Origin: Oopsacas minuta | Lineage: Eukaryota > Animalia > Porifera | Length of the DNA stretch: 64,000 nt | Assembly (NCBI GenBank): GCA_024704765.1 | Contig: JAKMXF010000088.1 | Coordinates: 62,001-126,000, forward strand | Reading direction: 5' to 3' | Shown: in pieces, positions 25,711 to 38,400 of the stretch | Position numbering within the stretch: position 1 is the stretch's first letter | Layout of the letters: every line of letters starts with the position of its first letter | Made by a program: the position numbers and the translations under genes | The notes under the pieces: model-generated | The model's input: the letters and a program-made list of their open reading frames with translations, nothing else | Database searches by the model: none | What the model was told of the DNA's origin: nothing

Positions 25711-26554
25711 TTTCTCCGTGCTGTCCCTGCAGTCAAAACTGGCCAGAATTAAGGTGATATATGGTGTGAGAAATAACGAAGATATTCGTGAGGTATGCTT
25801 CTCTCCTTCACTAATCATTCGGACACCAAGTGCCACTATTTCACACTGGTAAACTTTTGTCTGTCCTCTAGCAAAAAATTATGAAAGGAAAAGGTGCCAA
25901 AATTTCACACCTTCGAAAGAGAAAAAATTCTACACCTTTGTACTCTTCTAGAATTTGTATATTGGTTATAGGTTTTTTGCTGAAGTTTAAATGAAAAATA
26001 TTCATTTTATAGTACTTATGTCATCGGTAATAATTGTCCTTAGATGTGTTAAAGATTTATTAGGTTATCCTAGTGCTGTATAATATGGATTTGTTGAATA
26101 TCTGAGTTTAACAATAGCTATATGATTCTTTCAATATGATGGTATTGATATGATTGAACTAACTTAGTACTCAATCGCTAAACTATGGGAAAATAATTAT
26201 CGACACAATAGACCTAAGTTGTATAATATGCGTATAACGTATAATACGTTATACGTGATCAATTTTAACGTATTATACGTCTAGGTTAATCTAGAAAAAT
26301 GAGATTGTGACACTATAGACTTGTATAAGTCACATTATTAACAAGAATTATATAATTTGGTCAACTATGTTGAGATTTTTCATTAACAATTCGAGACTCA
26401 CTGTTTTGATGCAAAATATTTATTACAAAAATTACCCTAATAGAAATTAGGTCACTAAAAATTGTAGATTGAACGTATAATACGTATAATACATATTAAA
26501 CAACTTAGCAATAGACACAATTTGCGTGACTTCATAAACCAGAGAAAATTTGGA

Positions 26555-26910
26555 ACGTGAATAAATACTTCCAACTGATGAAGTGTAGTATAGGTTAGGA
26601 TGGATACATTGGCCACCATAACGATGACGTCACCATGGTGGCCGTGATGACAAAGCAAATTTTTAAGTTTTGAGATTTCAAAATTAGACCAAGCATGAGT
26701 CTTTCGACACATTCACAAAAAGTTTGTTTATTTTGCTTAAGTCAACATGACGTCATGGAATACTAGAATGCTCATAACTCCGTTTTCATAAGAGATAGAA
26801 GATTACATCCAACTGACGAAGTGTGTTAGATACCAAATGGGATACATTTCCCATGATAATAATGACGTCACCATAGTAGAGTAATGATGACATAGTAAAA
26901 TTTTAATTTT
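26555..26910. repeat. diverged tandem duplication with a period of about 235 bp
   Basis: The CCAACTGA(T/C)GAAGTGT...GATGACGTCACCAT...TGATGACA blocks at about 26572 and 26809 are paralogous. Confidence 0.55.
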
Positions 26911-28281
26911 TGAAATTTGACAATGTTGTATTGTTTTAATTAATTTACAATAAACTGCGAGCGTAGCGAGCAAAAATATACAATTACACCCTGTGCCGAT
27001 ATTGCTTAGTCTATTGATTACATTTGTTTACAGTGGCACTATTAGCCGGATTAGCCTATACGCTAATAACGCCTGGGCGTAGGATCCCGTATAGTTGGAA
27101 GCTGAAAATATGTAATATATATGTATGTACAAGCCCGGGACCCGGAGCAATGGCAGATCCAACCTGACCACTTCAATATCGTGGCTCCTAACTGCGATTT
27201 TCGTAATATACTAGACATTTTAATACTCAAATTGTACATATTTTCTTTTCTATGTCATGCTACGGGGAATACATGTATTACTATTGTGATAGGTAAACAT
27301 GATCAATAATTTGCTCATTCTATGTGATACTTTGGTATTCATTTGTTGCGACTATATTGGGATTCGTCACCCAGAATTAATACAGTGTTTAGATTGTATG
27401 TCATAAATAACGTGCTGTTTCGCTGGCTCGCACTGCGCGGCTTCTACACACTATGTGTTCGCATGTAACTTGGCACTTCGTGCCTCGATTTTTATAAGAA
27501 CTATAATTTTAACATGACTTGAAATAGCGAAATTCAGAATAAGAGTACCCTGGTAAAACCGTTGAAACAAAGTTTCCAAAACTGTTTAAAAATTTGTTTA
27601 CTCTATGTTCATAAAATAACAAATAAATTTACATAAGATTAATTAAAAAGTGTAAAATCTGATTCAGCATATTCGATGTCTTTAGTGAATATTATTGAAT
27701 TCTGTTAACTTTCTGATAGCACCGATAAATAATTAATTATGCGACATCTCAGAATTAATAATTTCGAATTCAATGAAACATTCCATGAATCCTTTCCTTG
27801 GCAACGAACAAACAGACTGACAGACAGACAGACAGACAGAGATATAAAAATAGCAATTTAATTGGATTTGAGATTTTGAGGGTCACCTGTAGACCCCGCA
27901 TAATTAGTATTTTCAGAAAGAAAGATTGTTTCTAGGCAAGTTCTTTACGCTGAATATGTAAAATGCACTTACTATAATATTCAATGAAATGACGTAGCCA
28001 ACACGTCTTTCGAAAGTACCCTTAACAAGTTTTCTTGTTTGGAATCGCACAAACAAACTTTAAAATTTTTACTATCAACATACCACTTCTTTATCCATTT
28101 AAATACTGTACCTATTTTGTTTACCTTACCACTTTTTAATATGGGGCCCAAATGTTCCTCTTGAAGTAGAGCCACTGCTGAGTCTAATCCCGCCCTGATT
28201 GGCAGCACTGATATTTCTCAAATTTAGTCATGCATTTGATTGATAGACCTTATTTGTTACTTAATATATTCAATTTATTAG

Positions 28282-28407
28282 GTTAGTGAAGAGGATATAG
28301 AAGATTCACAAGCACGTAGAAGATGTAGCACAGGAGATGCTGTAAAGTTAAAAATTATGATTAAGAAAAAAATTAATGCTGAAGATATTGAGGATAGGAA
28401 AATTTGA
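28282..28407 (+). CDS. RICTOR: putative terminal exon of RICTOR
   Basis: TAG|GTT AGT GAA is in phase 0 and encodes VSEEDIEDSQARRRCSTGDAVKLKIMIKKK..* as a purine-rich coding island. Assigned by phase and position only; no homology support. Confidence 0.4.
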   Translation, partial: VSEEDIEDSQARRRCSTGDAVKLKIMIKKKINAEDIEDRKI

Positions 28408-29704
28408 AAATAAATATATAAAATACACAAAGACCTGATAAGGATAACATCTGACAACTCTCAATGGATTGATATTGGCCTTGTATTTTTGTATCAATTT
28501 GTAATGAGCTGATAATTATTATAATTGTGCCTTCTCGTTAGAATGTTTCATTCCGACTGTATAGTAAATGCCTTAGCTTTTCTTTGTAATTAGTTGTTTT
28601 AATGGTATTTTAATTCAGAGAGAATAGTTGTATTTTGTCTGTAATTGAAAGAATATATTTTATCCCAACATTTTACGCGATTAACGCTCCTTTGAGTGTA
28701 TTGAGCGATGTCCAAACAGGATTTCTGTGGGAATCCTATAGGAATTCCCATGGGATTCCCATAGGATAACTACGATTCCCATTTCCACGGCAACCCTGCT
28801 TATACCTCTAGAGCAGCGGACCCTGCATGGAAGCATCTTAGAAAACAACTAGGGGTTAAGCTGCTGCAATTTGACCTTGTGCCAAATTCATTTTAGCCAT
28901 TGTAGATTTCAATGGTTATTTTATCCCAGATTATTTTCTTTGTACACAATATTTTCTGCTTTTCCCTCCCTTAATTGAAGGAAATATTACGATAATTTTC
29001 ATAAATCCAAGTTGTACATTCGCTATTAGTAAGTTTACCATTTATGGATTCCTATTAATTGGCTAAATCACTTCTGCGTACGGGAGCTGCTGAAAATCGC
29101 ATCGCCATAGATGTAAACTCAAGGTTGGGGTCGATTAAGTTCAGGTGATTACTATTAAAATCCATACTTTTCAAGAGGTTAGGATTAATCACACAAAATT
29201 TTGCCAGATAATGATTATGATTTCAGTTCAGCTGCTAAGTTAACGTTAATCAGGCCTAACCTTGAATGTAGTATAGTTTTTGAAATAGATTCAATAAATC
29301 CACAATTATTGGGTTAGAGAGCGTCGCTGCGGTCCGCGTTAAGGCCCTCGTCCCTTCTCCTTCACCTCTGGGATTTTTGTATTAGAAAGGGTAAGATATA
29401 ATATTCTTCTTTTCTTAGAGACATCTAGTGATTTTGTAATCACATAAGTGACTTATCATTCTTTGTTCCTGAAGAAATGAGTGCAAAATACTTGCTTTGG
29501 TTTGCCTAATTTATATATACACCCCGGAAAATTGTTCCCAAAATTGTCGATATCTTATGTCAGATTGGTTTGTGAGTGTTTTTGACGGAGTTTTGATTAA
29601 TTTGACAAAATAATTGTATTTATTTATAAGATATTATTCCACTCTACTTTTTACAAGAATTATTGTTATCTTTATATTCCTTGGTTTATAATTTATTCTG
29701 TTAG

Positions 29705-31933
29705 ATGCTGTTCATTTTTCTTCTATTAATTTTTCATCTTTATGGGACTCTCTCTCTTGAGTCATTTCCTTTAACAACTATGTCTGGTAATTGTCCTCCC
29801 AATCATTACTTCTACCCAGCCAATATATCCTGCATATCATGTTCTTCTGTTAACTTATCTGTTAACTGCGGAATCCCTGATTTGAATATTTGTACTGGAA
29901 TAACTACACCTGCTATTAATTGTGATAATTGCGCCACAAAAGCTCAGAGATGTATTGAAATAGCTAATGAATGCCTTTTGGGGGAATTGGACAGCCACGA
30001 TTGTTCAGACTTTAGCCCAGTTGATTTGCAATATGAAGATGTTATCGATTATTTGGATGATAATCCAATTACACAGGATTTCTTCGTAACTGGACCTAAT
30101 GCTGAAGTGATTCCTATTATTTTTGCTAGGTTTTTACGAGATGGACAGTTTATAGGCCTCAGTAATAATTGGAACCATTTCTCCCCGTGCACTGATCGAG
30201 ATTCTAGCTTCCAAATCGGTACACTAGTTGGTACTAATTATTTCATTTCATGTCGCTTTGTAAATCCAAACTCGGAACTAGTTTTTATTGAGGCATACAT
30301 CCTTCAATCTAACTCTCTGATACAATTACCTTTCTATGTTCGCCTCGCTAATGGCAAAACTCTTCACAGACGTAGAATATACCAATTTCAACCATCATCC
30401 GGTGATTTTATTAACGAAATTCAACTAAATATGACTTTTGATCCTAACACAAAGCGTATTTTAACACCATCTTTATTTGTTTCTTATGCACATAACACTA
30501 CTACCCAACTACAATCTATGTCGATAAGCTATAGTCAGGATCACACTGGCATTAATATTGCTCTCCCTCTTATCATTTTAATATTATTTATTTTCAGTCT
30601 TGTGTGGGTTGGTATCCAAATTAACGGATGGATGCGGAAGTCAGGAAGAACATTTTGCGACCCTGTCACTTTCTGTGTGCTCTTTATTTTATCTGCCAAC
30701 TATCTATCAATTATTATTTTTGTTATTACTCTAATTACGTCATCCATCTTGTTCTTATTCTACAAATGTCAAAGTAAGTTGTTCTTCCTCATACCGCAAC
30801 AGTATCAAGAGACTCTACTCATTCTATTAATCACTTTTGCTGTAGTCTTACAAGCTATCCACGTCATATATGTATTATTTCTGCAATGCACAACAGATGT
30901 ATTCATTATAGATTGGGAACGTGCTCGTACTATGAATCAAGAGAAAGTTAGCATTTGGAGGAGCTATCTAATCGTAAATGAATGGTTGAAACTTCAAACA
31001 ATGAGGAAGATTAACCTAGCAGCACTCCTAATTATTCTCTTAGTCTTGTTGGAGGCTATAGAGCTCATTAATATTACATCTTCACAACCTCTCACTATAG
31101 TAATGTCTACAGATTTGTACCTAGCACCCACTAGTCGATATATGAGATTAGCAATTTCTTCCATTCTTTTTCTGCTTATCGCACTCGTTCAGTTCATGTG
31201 CAATTTTCTGTATGAAAGATTTGTAGGACATAAGCTCAATCAATTCGTAGATCTCTGCTCTGTTTCTAATATAAGTTTTATCGCTCTCAATTTCCCTAGA
31301 TTTGGCTACTACATACATGGACGTTCTGTGCATGGAGTAGCTGATACCGATTTGAGAACATTGACTAAGTTTCTTAGCAAAGAGGAGGAAGATATCGTTG
31401 GAAAGAGAGGACTGGATGGTACATCGGATCAAGTATTCGAAATTTCGATTACATGCGACATGCGACAAGAATATGATAAAATAATGCGGCACATGAATTT
31501 ATCTCGAGGTAGTGAGGGCAAAAATCAGAATCCGAATTCCCTTCAGGAAACCGATTTGGTAGCTCATCAATTGCTAACGAAACTATTCACTAGTTTTGTA
31601 GAGAAGAGTCATAAATCTTTTAGATTTGAGAAGAGAGAGAAACTATTATGTGAGCGTGTAACCAGTATTGAACTTTATGAACCTATTGAAGTTAGTTTCA
31701 TGTATCCAGATGATAGCAATACATTCTCACATCTAATATTCTGGGGGTTTGAATCAACTCTTCTCTTGTTCAACCTACTAACCTATCAATTCTGTGATAT
31801 GATCACACGCAACTCAATTGCTGCCTGCTTCATAACTTATATCACGGATGTATTGTTGGTTTGGATAAGAAGAGTCTGGTCCAAGCATAATATTGCAAAC
31901 AAAACACTTTTGGACAAGCGGTTTTTCAATTAA
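29705..31933 (+). CDS. TMEM67: meckelin (TMEM67/MKS3), ciliary transition-zone protein, intronless
   Basis: Signal peptide, Cys-rich N-terminus and multiple TM segments. Family motifs DVFIIDWER, SIWRSYLIVNEW, FVDLCSVSNIS, FGYYIHGRSVHG.ADT and NIANKTLLDKRF. Confidence 0.93.
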   Translation: MLFIFLLLIFHLYGTLSLESFPLTTMSGNCPPNHYFYPANISCISCSSVNLSVNCGIPDLNICTGITTPAINCDNCATKAQRCIEIANECLLGELDSHDCSDFSPVDLQYEDVIDYLDDNPITQDFFVTGPNAEVIPIIFARFLRDGQFIGLSNNWNHFSPCTDRDSSFQIGTLVGTNYFISCRFVNPNSELVFIEAYILQSNSLIQLPFYVRLANGKTLHRRRIYQFQPSSGDFINEIQLNMTFDPNTKRILTPSLFVSYAHNTTTQLQSMSISYSQDHTGINIALPLIILILFIFSLVWVGIQINGWMRKSGRTFCDPVTFCVLFILSANYLSIIIFVITLITSSILFLFYKCQSKLFFLIPQQYQETLLILLITFAVVLQAIHVIYVLFLQCTTDVFIIDWERARTMNQEKVSIWRSYLIVNEWLKLQTMRKINLAALLIILLVLLEAIELINITSSQPLTIVMSTDLYLAPTSRYMRLAISSILFLLIALVQFMCNFLYERFVGHKLNQFVDLCSVSNISFIALNFPRFGYYIHGRSVHGVADTDLRTLTKFLSKEEEDIVGKRGLDGTSDQVFEISITCDMRQEYDKIMRHMNLSRGSEGKNQNPNSLQETDLVAHQLLTKLFTSFVEKSHKSFRFEKREKLLCERVTSIELYEPIEVSFMYPDDSNTFSHLIFWGFESTLLLFNLLTYQFCDMITRNSIAACFITYITDVLLVWIRRVWSKHNIANKTLLDKRFFN

Positions 31934-32558
31934 AAGTTATTATCTTATTTATAGGCTAAGGTAAATCCTTAGTATAGTTATAGGAATCTAACTATTTTAG
32001 TGCAGCTCCTAATGGGAGATGTCCTAATGACATGGCCTACGAATCTAGCGGTCCTATTTACCTAAAATTTTTATGCACGGTATATGCATATGCATTTTTG
32101 GGTGTTTTGAGGCAATAGTTAATTCTTTACAGTGCTTCCAAATTAGAGAATTTTTGTTAACAATTTGATTCGTAAGCATCCATATCCAGATGACGTCATT
32201 TATATTCGGAAAAAGATTGTTTGTATAGAGACTATAGAATTGTGTATAGTGGAAGCCGCTTAATCGGGACTCGGATATCGGGATATCCGCTTAAAGGGGA
32301 CAATGTTTTGGGAACAGATTTTAACATACAAATATCATCGGATAATTGGGAGATCGAATCGGTTAATCGCATTTCTTATCCCGATTACCTAATATTTTTG
32401 AAAATTATTATCGCTCATATTCTGGACTTCTATCCAGATAAACCGAATATTTCGATAACTAGATTTGTTAATTTTGGATTTCAATCCCATTTAAGCGATT
32501 CTAGTTATGGTATCAAAATTTTTAATAAAATCGGGATATAAATTCAGAATCACTCGTA

Positions 32559-34649
32559 CCGAGTGTTCAATAAGTTCGAGTAAACTATACAAAGCACTTA
32601 CAGTAGAGCTAATTTAACGTAACCACATACATGCCTAGTGAATCCATACTCCCTAACCAAATTTCAGGATTATAATTACTATACTCGATTTTTTGTAGCC
32701 AATTTTATAGTCTTCACTTTCAATATTTTAATATTATGGAAAATTTGAATAAGAGAGATTTCCGTGCCATCATTTTCTACAATTTCAAACGTGGATTAAA
32801 CGTTGCGGATTGTAGTTGTGAGATGTTTTCTATCTTTGGGGATCAAAGTCCACCCCAATCCAACATCTACAAGTGGTATCGTCAATTCCGTTTAGGCCAC
32901 ACATCCCTTGACGATGAGTCACGTTCAGGACGTCCAATTACGGCGGTCACCGAGGAGAATATCGACAAAGTATCGAAGCTAGTAACTGAGGATAGGCAAA
33001 TCACTGTCAGATAGTTAGCTTTCGAGGTTTCGGTCTCATCGGGGACAATAGAAACCATCTTACACCAACACCTTGGGCTAAAGAGGGTTGGTTCTAAGTT
33101 GGTTCCCCATTTATTAAATTTTGAGCAAAAGAATCGTCGACTAGAATTTTGTCGTTTTATGCTGCTAAAGTATTCCAAAAAAGATTCGCGACGCTGGTCA
33201 GAAGTCATAACTGGTGACGAGACATGGATCTATTATTACGACATTCAATCAAAGCAGCAGAGCTCAAAATGGATCTTTGAAGACGAGCAACCGGACACAA
33301 TTCCTAAGCAAACCAGGGCGGTCGGCAAGCGAACGTTTGCTGTTTTCTTCTCTACAAGAGGGATAATAGAATATGTGATGCTTCCTGAGAAGCACACTGT
33401 TACTGCAACTTGGTACACTGAAAATTGTCTTCCGCAAGTGTTCCAAGCTGTCGAGAGGTTGCGTCCAAAGACTGGTCTTCGCGGAATGAAATTCCACCAT
33501 GACAATGCCCCAGCTCACACTGCACGAAAAACTAAGGACTATATCAAACAATCGGGGCTAGAATTGATCGATCATCCACCCTATAGCCCAGATCTAGCCC
33601 CCTGTGACTTCTGGTTGTACCTACTATAAAACGCCATCTAAAAGGTAGACGTTTTGATTCGGAAACAGAGCTGAGCGCCGCATTTTTGGATGCGATTGAC
33701 CTCATACCAGAAAGTCGCTACTCAAGCATGATGTTTTGGGGGGGGGGCGCTCTTGTCACATAATCTGGAAGAACTTTGGCCTCATTCTAGCACCCGACTC
33801 CCGAGTTTATCAGTTAATGGACTTAATTTATCTATATTTACTGACTTACTATGATATTATTGCCTTTATTAGCACTTTAGCACTACGTTTCACTCGCATA
33901 AATGACTATTATGAAAATTCCGGTACATTCTTGCCACCCACAATAAAACCATTATTTAATTGTATCCAACTGGTCCCATGTAGTACTGCAGAATGTGAAC
34001 GTGGGTTCTGTCATATGAATATCATATTGGAGGATCCGCGTTCTCGGCTGCTTGTACCACACATATCTGCTCTTCTATTCATTAAACTTAATGGCCCTCC
34101 ACTTTCTATATGGGATCCTAGCGATTATGCTAGATGTTGGCTAAGAAATCATCGGAGTGCATCAGATACTCAAATAAGGGGTAGCAATAGTCAGATAGTT
34201 GAAGAAAACCCAGTTTGGAAGTATATTTCAATAATATACATAGCATTTAGGCATTTACAAGGTATCGTGAATTATTGAAACCTTACATATTATACATGTT
34301 TCACGCAGTTGTATTTTATCTGATACAAATATAAACACACCACAATATATAATAATAATCAGTGGTATTTTGGAGGGAGCGCGCGGGTGGGAGGTATGGC
34401 ACACCCACTTCATTATTGGGGGCCGTTTTCACCTATGTTTTCAAAGAAAATGCTAAATTTGAAAAGAGAGCGCCCCCCCACTTCTTTTTTTGGCAAAACA
34501 CCACTGTACTCAAGACTATTTGACATGTGGTTAGAACGGTGTCAAAGGTGTATTGATGCTAATAGGGAGTATTTCGAACATTTGAAATAGTATTTTTATA
34601 TCTATCTGTACTGTAAGCATACTTTTACTCGAACTTATTGAACACTCGG
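32559..34649 (+). mobile_element. mariner (DD34D) transposon, inactivated
   Basis: Perfect 26-bp TIR CCGAGTGTTCAATAAGTTCGAGTAAA with TA TSD. The transposase starts at 32736 and contains RSGRP, TGDETW, HHDNAPAH and PYSPDLAPCD. It has a stop at 33012, a frameshift near 33620 and an insertion. The C-terminus WLERCQRCIDANREYFE resumes at 34515. Confidence 0.93.
33727..34506 (+). mobile_element. non-autonomous hAT derivative inserted in the mariner
   Basis: Perfect 8-bp TSD TACTCAAG (33719-33726, 34507-34514) and imperfect CAGTGGTGTTTTG termini. Carries a hAT dimerisation-domain remnant STAECERGFCHMNII..RSRL..LFIKLNGP. Confidence 0.88.
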
Positions 34650-35579
34650 TAAAATGGTTTGTTTTTTACCAAGGAATTTGCATAGTATATGCATACTACG
34701 ACGACTCATCTTTGCTAGAACCTATAGCGATGATATACTAGTGGTGATTAAGTATTTCTGGTCATGAGACCACGAAAAAATACTTTTGAATACTTAAATA
34801 ATCATCATCGGCGGTTAATCGGTTTATTCGGTTAACAGGGATAAACCATTGACTCCTCAGCTGTCCCGATTAAGCGGCTTCCACTGTATTCTATTATTAA
34901 GCATCAATAATACTTATAATCGGTAAAGATGCACTATTTGGATATTATTGAAACTAGTAAATTTCTTTATGTAAATATCAGGCCTGTGGCAATTACTTTT
35001 AATGTGATATATTACAATTATAATTACTTAATATCCCCCGTTACAATGATTTTCAATTTCATTCCTTAAGGTTGGATTTGGTGATAGACTGATAGGGTTG
35101 ATAGAAAATAATAGAAATTACGCTTGTGACTAGAAAGATTATTGAATCTAAAACTCTAACAGACTTCTTAGTTATTCTCGATATAATCTAGTCAAGATTT
35201 AGTCAAGAGTTGGGTACACGTATACTTGCCAACCTTCCCGGATTTCTGGATTATCCCATGATTTGACGTGATATCCAGGGAAAATATTGGATTTTCTCGA
35301 AATTTTCCGATCAAATAGTGAAAATTCATATTATCTCAGAGATGGAACAGGTCGAGATTTTCTTGACCCTACCCGACCGGTGAATCCCAGCTAACAATAT
35401 ATACAAAAGCAATGGGAAATTAATATTTCATCAAAGTATGGATTAAATATTATGGTCATAAACCATATTCTCGGTCGGCCGTAACCGGTACCCGACCCGA
35501 CCGATTCCATCTCTGGTCTTGAGTCATTTTAACGACACAACTAATACATAAATTCATTAGGGTTCAAAAATACCTAGAA

Positions 35580-35718
35580 CAGGGTTTCTCAACCTGTGGT
35601 CTTTGGGCCAAAATTGACCACACTGTTGTCACAGATACTTTTATATCATATATTTGGTCATATTGAATGACCAAACTTGAAAGTGTGGTCAAAGCTCGAG
35701 AGAGGTTGAGAAACCCTG
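35580..35718. mobile_element. hAT MITE
   Basis: TIR CAGGGTTTCTCAACCT; TSD ACCTAGAA/ATCTAGAA (7/8). Confidence 0.8.
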
Positions 35719-35930
35719 ATCTAGAATTACAGTAACACTAATACTTTTGTATTTGTTATTGATATGTATTATATTGGAAGTTTAATCATGCTTTTAAGCT
35801 ATTAAAATTGACCAGTTGGCGTCAATTCGTTTAACTTTACTCCTGTTTGTATGAATTAGATTTACCTTATTGTTGATTTCTTTTATTTTGCACCTGAAGT
35901 ACATAATTAGACCAATTATTGCATTTTTGT

Positions 35931-37646
35931 ATGGCTATTAATCTCAACAAACAGAATAATAAATATTTGGGAGTCGGAATTTTGGCATGTTCTCTTGTCC
36001 TGCTTTATATATACATACAAATTTCGAAAGATGATCACAATGAAATGTATCATAACAAAAACTCAGCTGGTATCATGATATCTGGCGTGAGTGGAACTAC
36101 TTTTTCAGGTGAACCATTCAGGAAATTTCAAGCTAAAAGAATGTATTTAAATTACAAACCCAAGGTAAATACACCATCAGATTCTAATACTAAATGCATT
36201 TACTGGATTGTTGTCACTTCAATACACAAGCCCAGCGAATCTGTTATTATGTTCAGAAAAGTAACAGAGAAATATTCAAAAGAATGGTGCTGTGTGGTAG
36301 TGATGGATAAGAAAACTCCAGTAGATGATTATATTGCTTTACAAACTGATAACTTTATTGTTCTTACTCTCGAATTGCAATCTGAATTATCTGAAAAAAA
36401 CGGATTCAGTTTAATCGAATTTATTCCTTACAATCATTTTGGTAGGAAAAATATTGGTTATTTGTATGCAGTATCTCGAGGGGCCGAGCTAATCTATGAC
36501 ACTGATGACGATAATCTATTGAAAGAAGATGTCATTCCTTTTATACAACCATCTGCTGACTACTTGCTTGTCTCGAACGAGGAGCATGTTTTCAATCCGT
36601 ACAAGATATATCAACCAACTATTAAACATAGTCTGTGGCCAAGAGGAATACCATTAGATTCTATCATGGGAGTTAGTTCTGAGTTTGTAGACCAGAAAGC
36701 TACCAATTGTAAACCTTCCAAACCAGAAGACATTACTTTATACCAATTTCTTGCTGATCACGATCCTGATGTAGATGCGATATATCGGTTAACAAACCCA
36801 CTTCCTATAAACTTTGATTCATCTATGAATAACCCAATAGTTCTTCAGTTAGGTACGTGAGTTATATACTACGTATATGAATTTGTATTAATGTTAGCTT
36901 GTGACGGATTCAGCACAGAGAATTATATTTACTATATTAATTATATTATATTGTTTTGTTGTTTACTACGTAAAGCCTGGGTAGTCTTTCGGAATATACA
37001 TCATGCATCAGTAAACATTATACAGTCAAACTTGTCTATAACTGCCACTGAAGGGACTGGTCAAATGTGACTGCTATACAGAGGTGGTCGTTAAGCATGT
37101 TTGACTGTACATACAAATACATACGATACAATTCTACATTTGACTGTATACGTATTATGATGTTATTAAATTGGATATATCTTAGGTACCATCGCTCCTC
37201 TCAATGCACAATGCCTCATAACTCACTACTCTTCAATCTTTGGACTTTATCTCCCTATAAACATTCACGGTAGAGTTTCTGATATTTGGCGCAGCTATTA
37301 TATTCAGACATTGCACAAAGATCTGGGTCAGCATGTGGCTTTCACGAAGGCTCATGTTACGCAATATCGCAATGCACATAACTACCTAGCTGATTTCAAT
37401 AGTGAAATTCCACTTTACACACAAGCAACGGAACTTGTCAAGTTTGTTGTCAGTTGGCAGAGTACTGCTCCTACTCTGGTAGAGAGAATGGAAGAGCTGG
37501 CTATTGGCTTCTTCGAACGAGGATATTTCGAAATAGAAGATGTGTTCGGTATACAACACTGGATTTCTGATTTAATTGAATTAGGTTATCGCTTTCCTCC
37601 GATTCGTGATATCTCTTCAAAATGCAAATTTCCTCCCCTTCTCTGA
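35931..37646 (+). CDS. STELLO/DUF288-like putative glycosyltransferase, type II membrane protein, about 460 aa, 2 exons (35931-36852, 37186-37646)
   Basis: N-terminal TM anchor, then WIVVTSI, VVVMDKKTP, PYNHFGRKNIGYLYAVSRGAELIYDTDDDN, DHDPDVDAIYRL and RVSDIWRSY. The phase-1 intron TAG|GTACGT...TTAG|GTACC joins the two ORF-track pieces. Confidence 0.8.
37023..37107. mobile_element. Tc1/pogo-type MITE in the STELLO-like intron
   Basis: TA|CAGTCAAAC ... GTTTGACTG|TA. Confidence 0.65.
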
Positions 37647-37760
37647 AAAACGTGGCTGTTATTTTAATTAGCATTTTATGCAAATTGAAATGTATCCGAT
37701 TATAGAGTTTAGTATTATTTGTATTGTGGAATGTATCTTTCTAAACCGGCCGGCCACGGA

Positions 37761-38204
37761 CAGGGGCGGTGCCAGGACAAATTTGGGGGGGGGGCTCAAG
37801 CCCCCCGTAATTTTCAGGAGATAAAAATTTAGTAATTTTTCAATGAACTTGCTTTGTCTTTGTTTTGTTTTTCCGAAATTTGTTTGTTTTAAAAGTACAT
37901 ATTTTTTTAATTTTGTTTTTATAGCTGTCTAATTTAGCTAATATTTCGCCTTACAGATTAGCTACACAGGCCATGTTTGCATAAAATTTTGTGTTTGATT
38001 GTTAGTACCATATTGCCTTAATAATCTGTCTTCATTCTGATTTACCTATATTTTCATCAAAAGCACCAGGTCATAGAATTTTCTGGCTATTAAAGGTGAA
38101 TATGTTGAATATTTTAATAGATATGTCGAGCGAGCTTGGCCCCAGCGATAAAACTTGTCGCCAGGCCCAGCCCTTCCGTTCGCCAAATCCTGGCGCCGCC
38201 CCTG
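37761..38204. mobile_element. GC-ended hAT-like MITE (444 bp)
   Basis: TIR CAGGGGCGG(T/C)GCCAGGA with a perfect 8-bp TSD GCCACGGA. Confidence 0.88.
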
Positions 38205-38400
38205 GCCACGGACTTATTTACAGGGGGAGAACCGGAGAAGTCAAAATCTATACTATTTGTACGCAATTAATTTATATGAGAGGAAAAATTGGAAAGTGGT
38301 CAGGCCTACACATTTTACACAAGCCAGAGTAAAAATAGTTCCTCTGGCCAAGATGTGTATAATGTATGTAGTCTGAGTGTATTAGAATATAAGGTACAAG

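Larger units (their letters stand above)
32247..34886. mobile_element. pogo/Tigger-type MITE (about 547 bp of own sequence) hosting a mariner
   Basis: TIR (C/T)AGTGGAAGCCGCTTAATCGGGAC at both ends, with TA flanks. Confidence 0.8.

Noticed and set aside
35337-35515. CAGAGATGGAA inverted repeats as a discrete MITE
   Set aside because: An 11-bp TIR is present but the flanks show no duplication, so the boundaries are unsupported.
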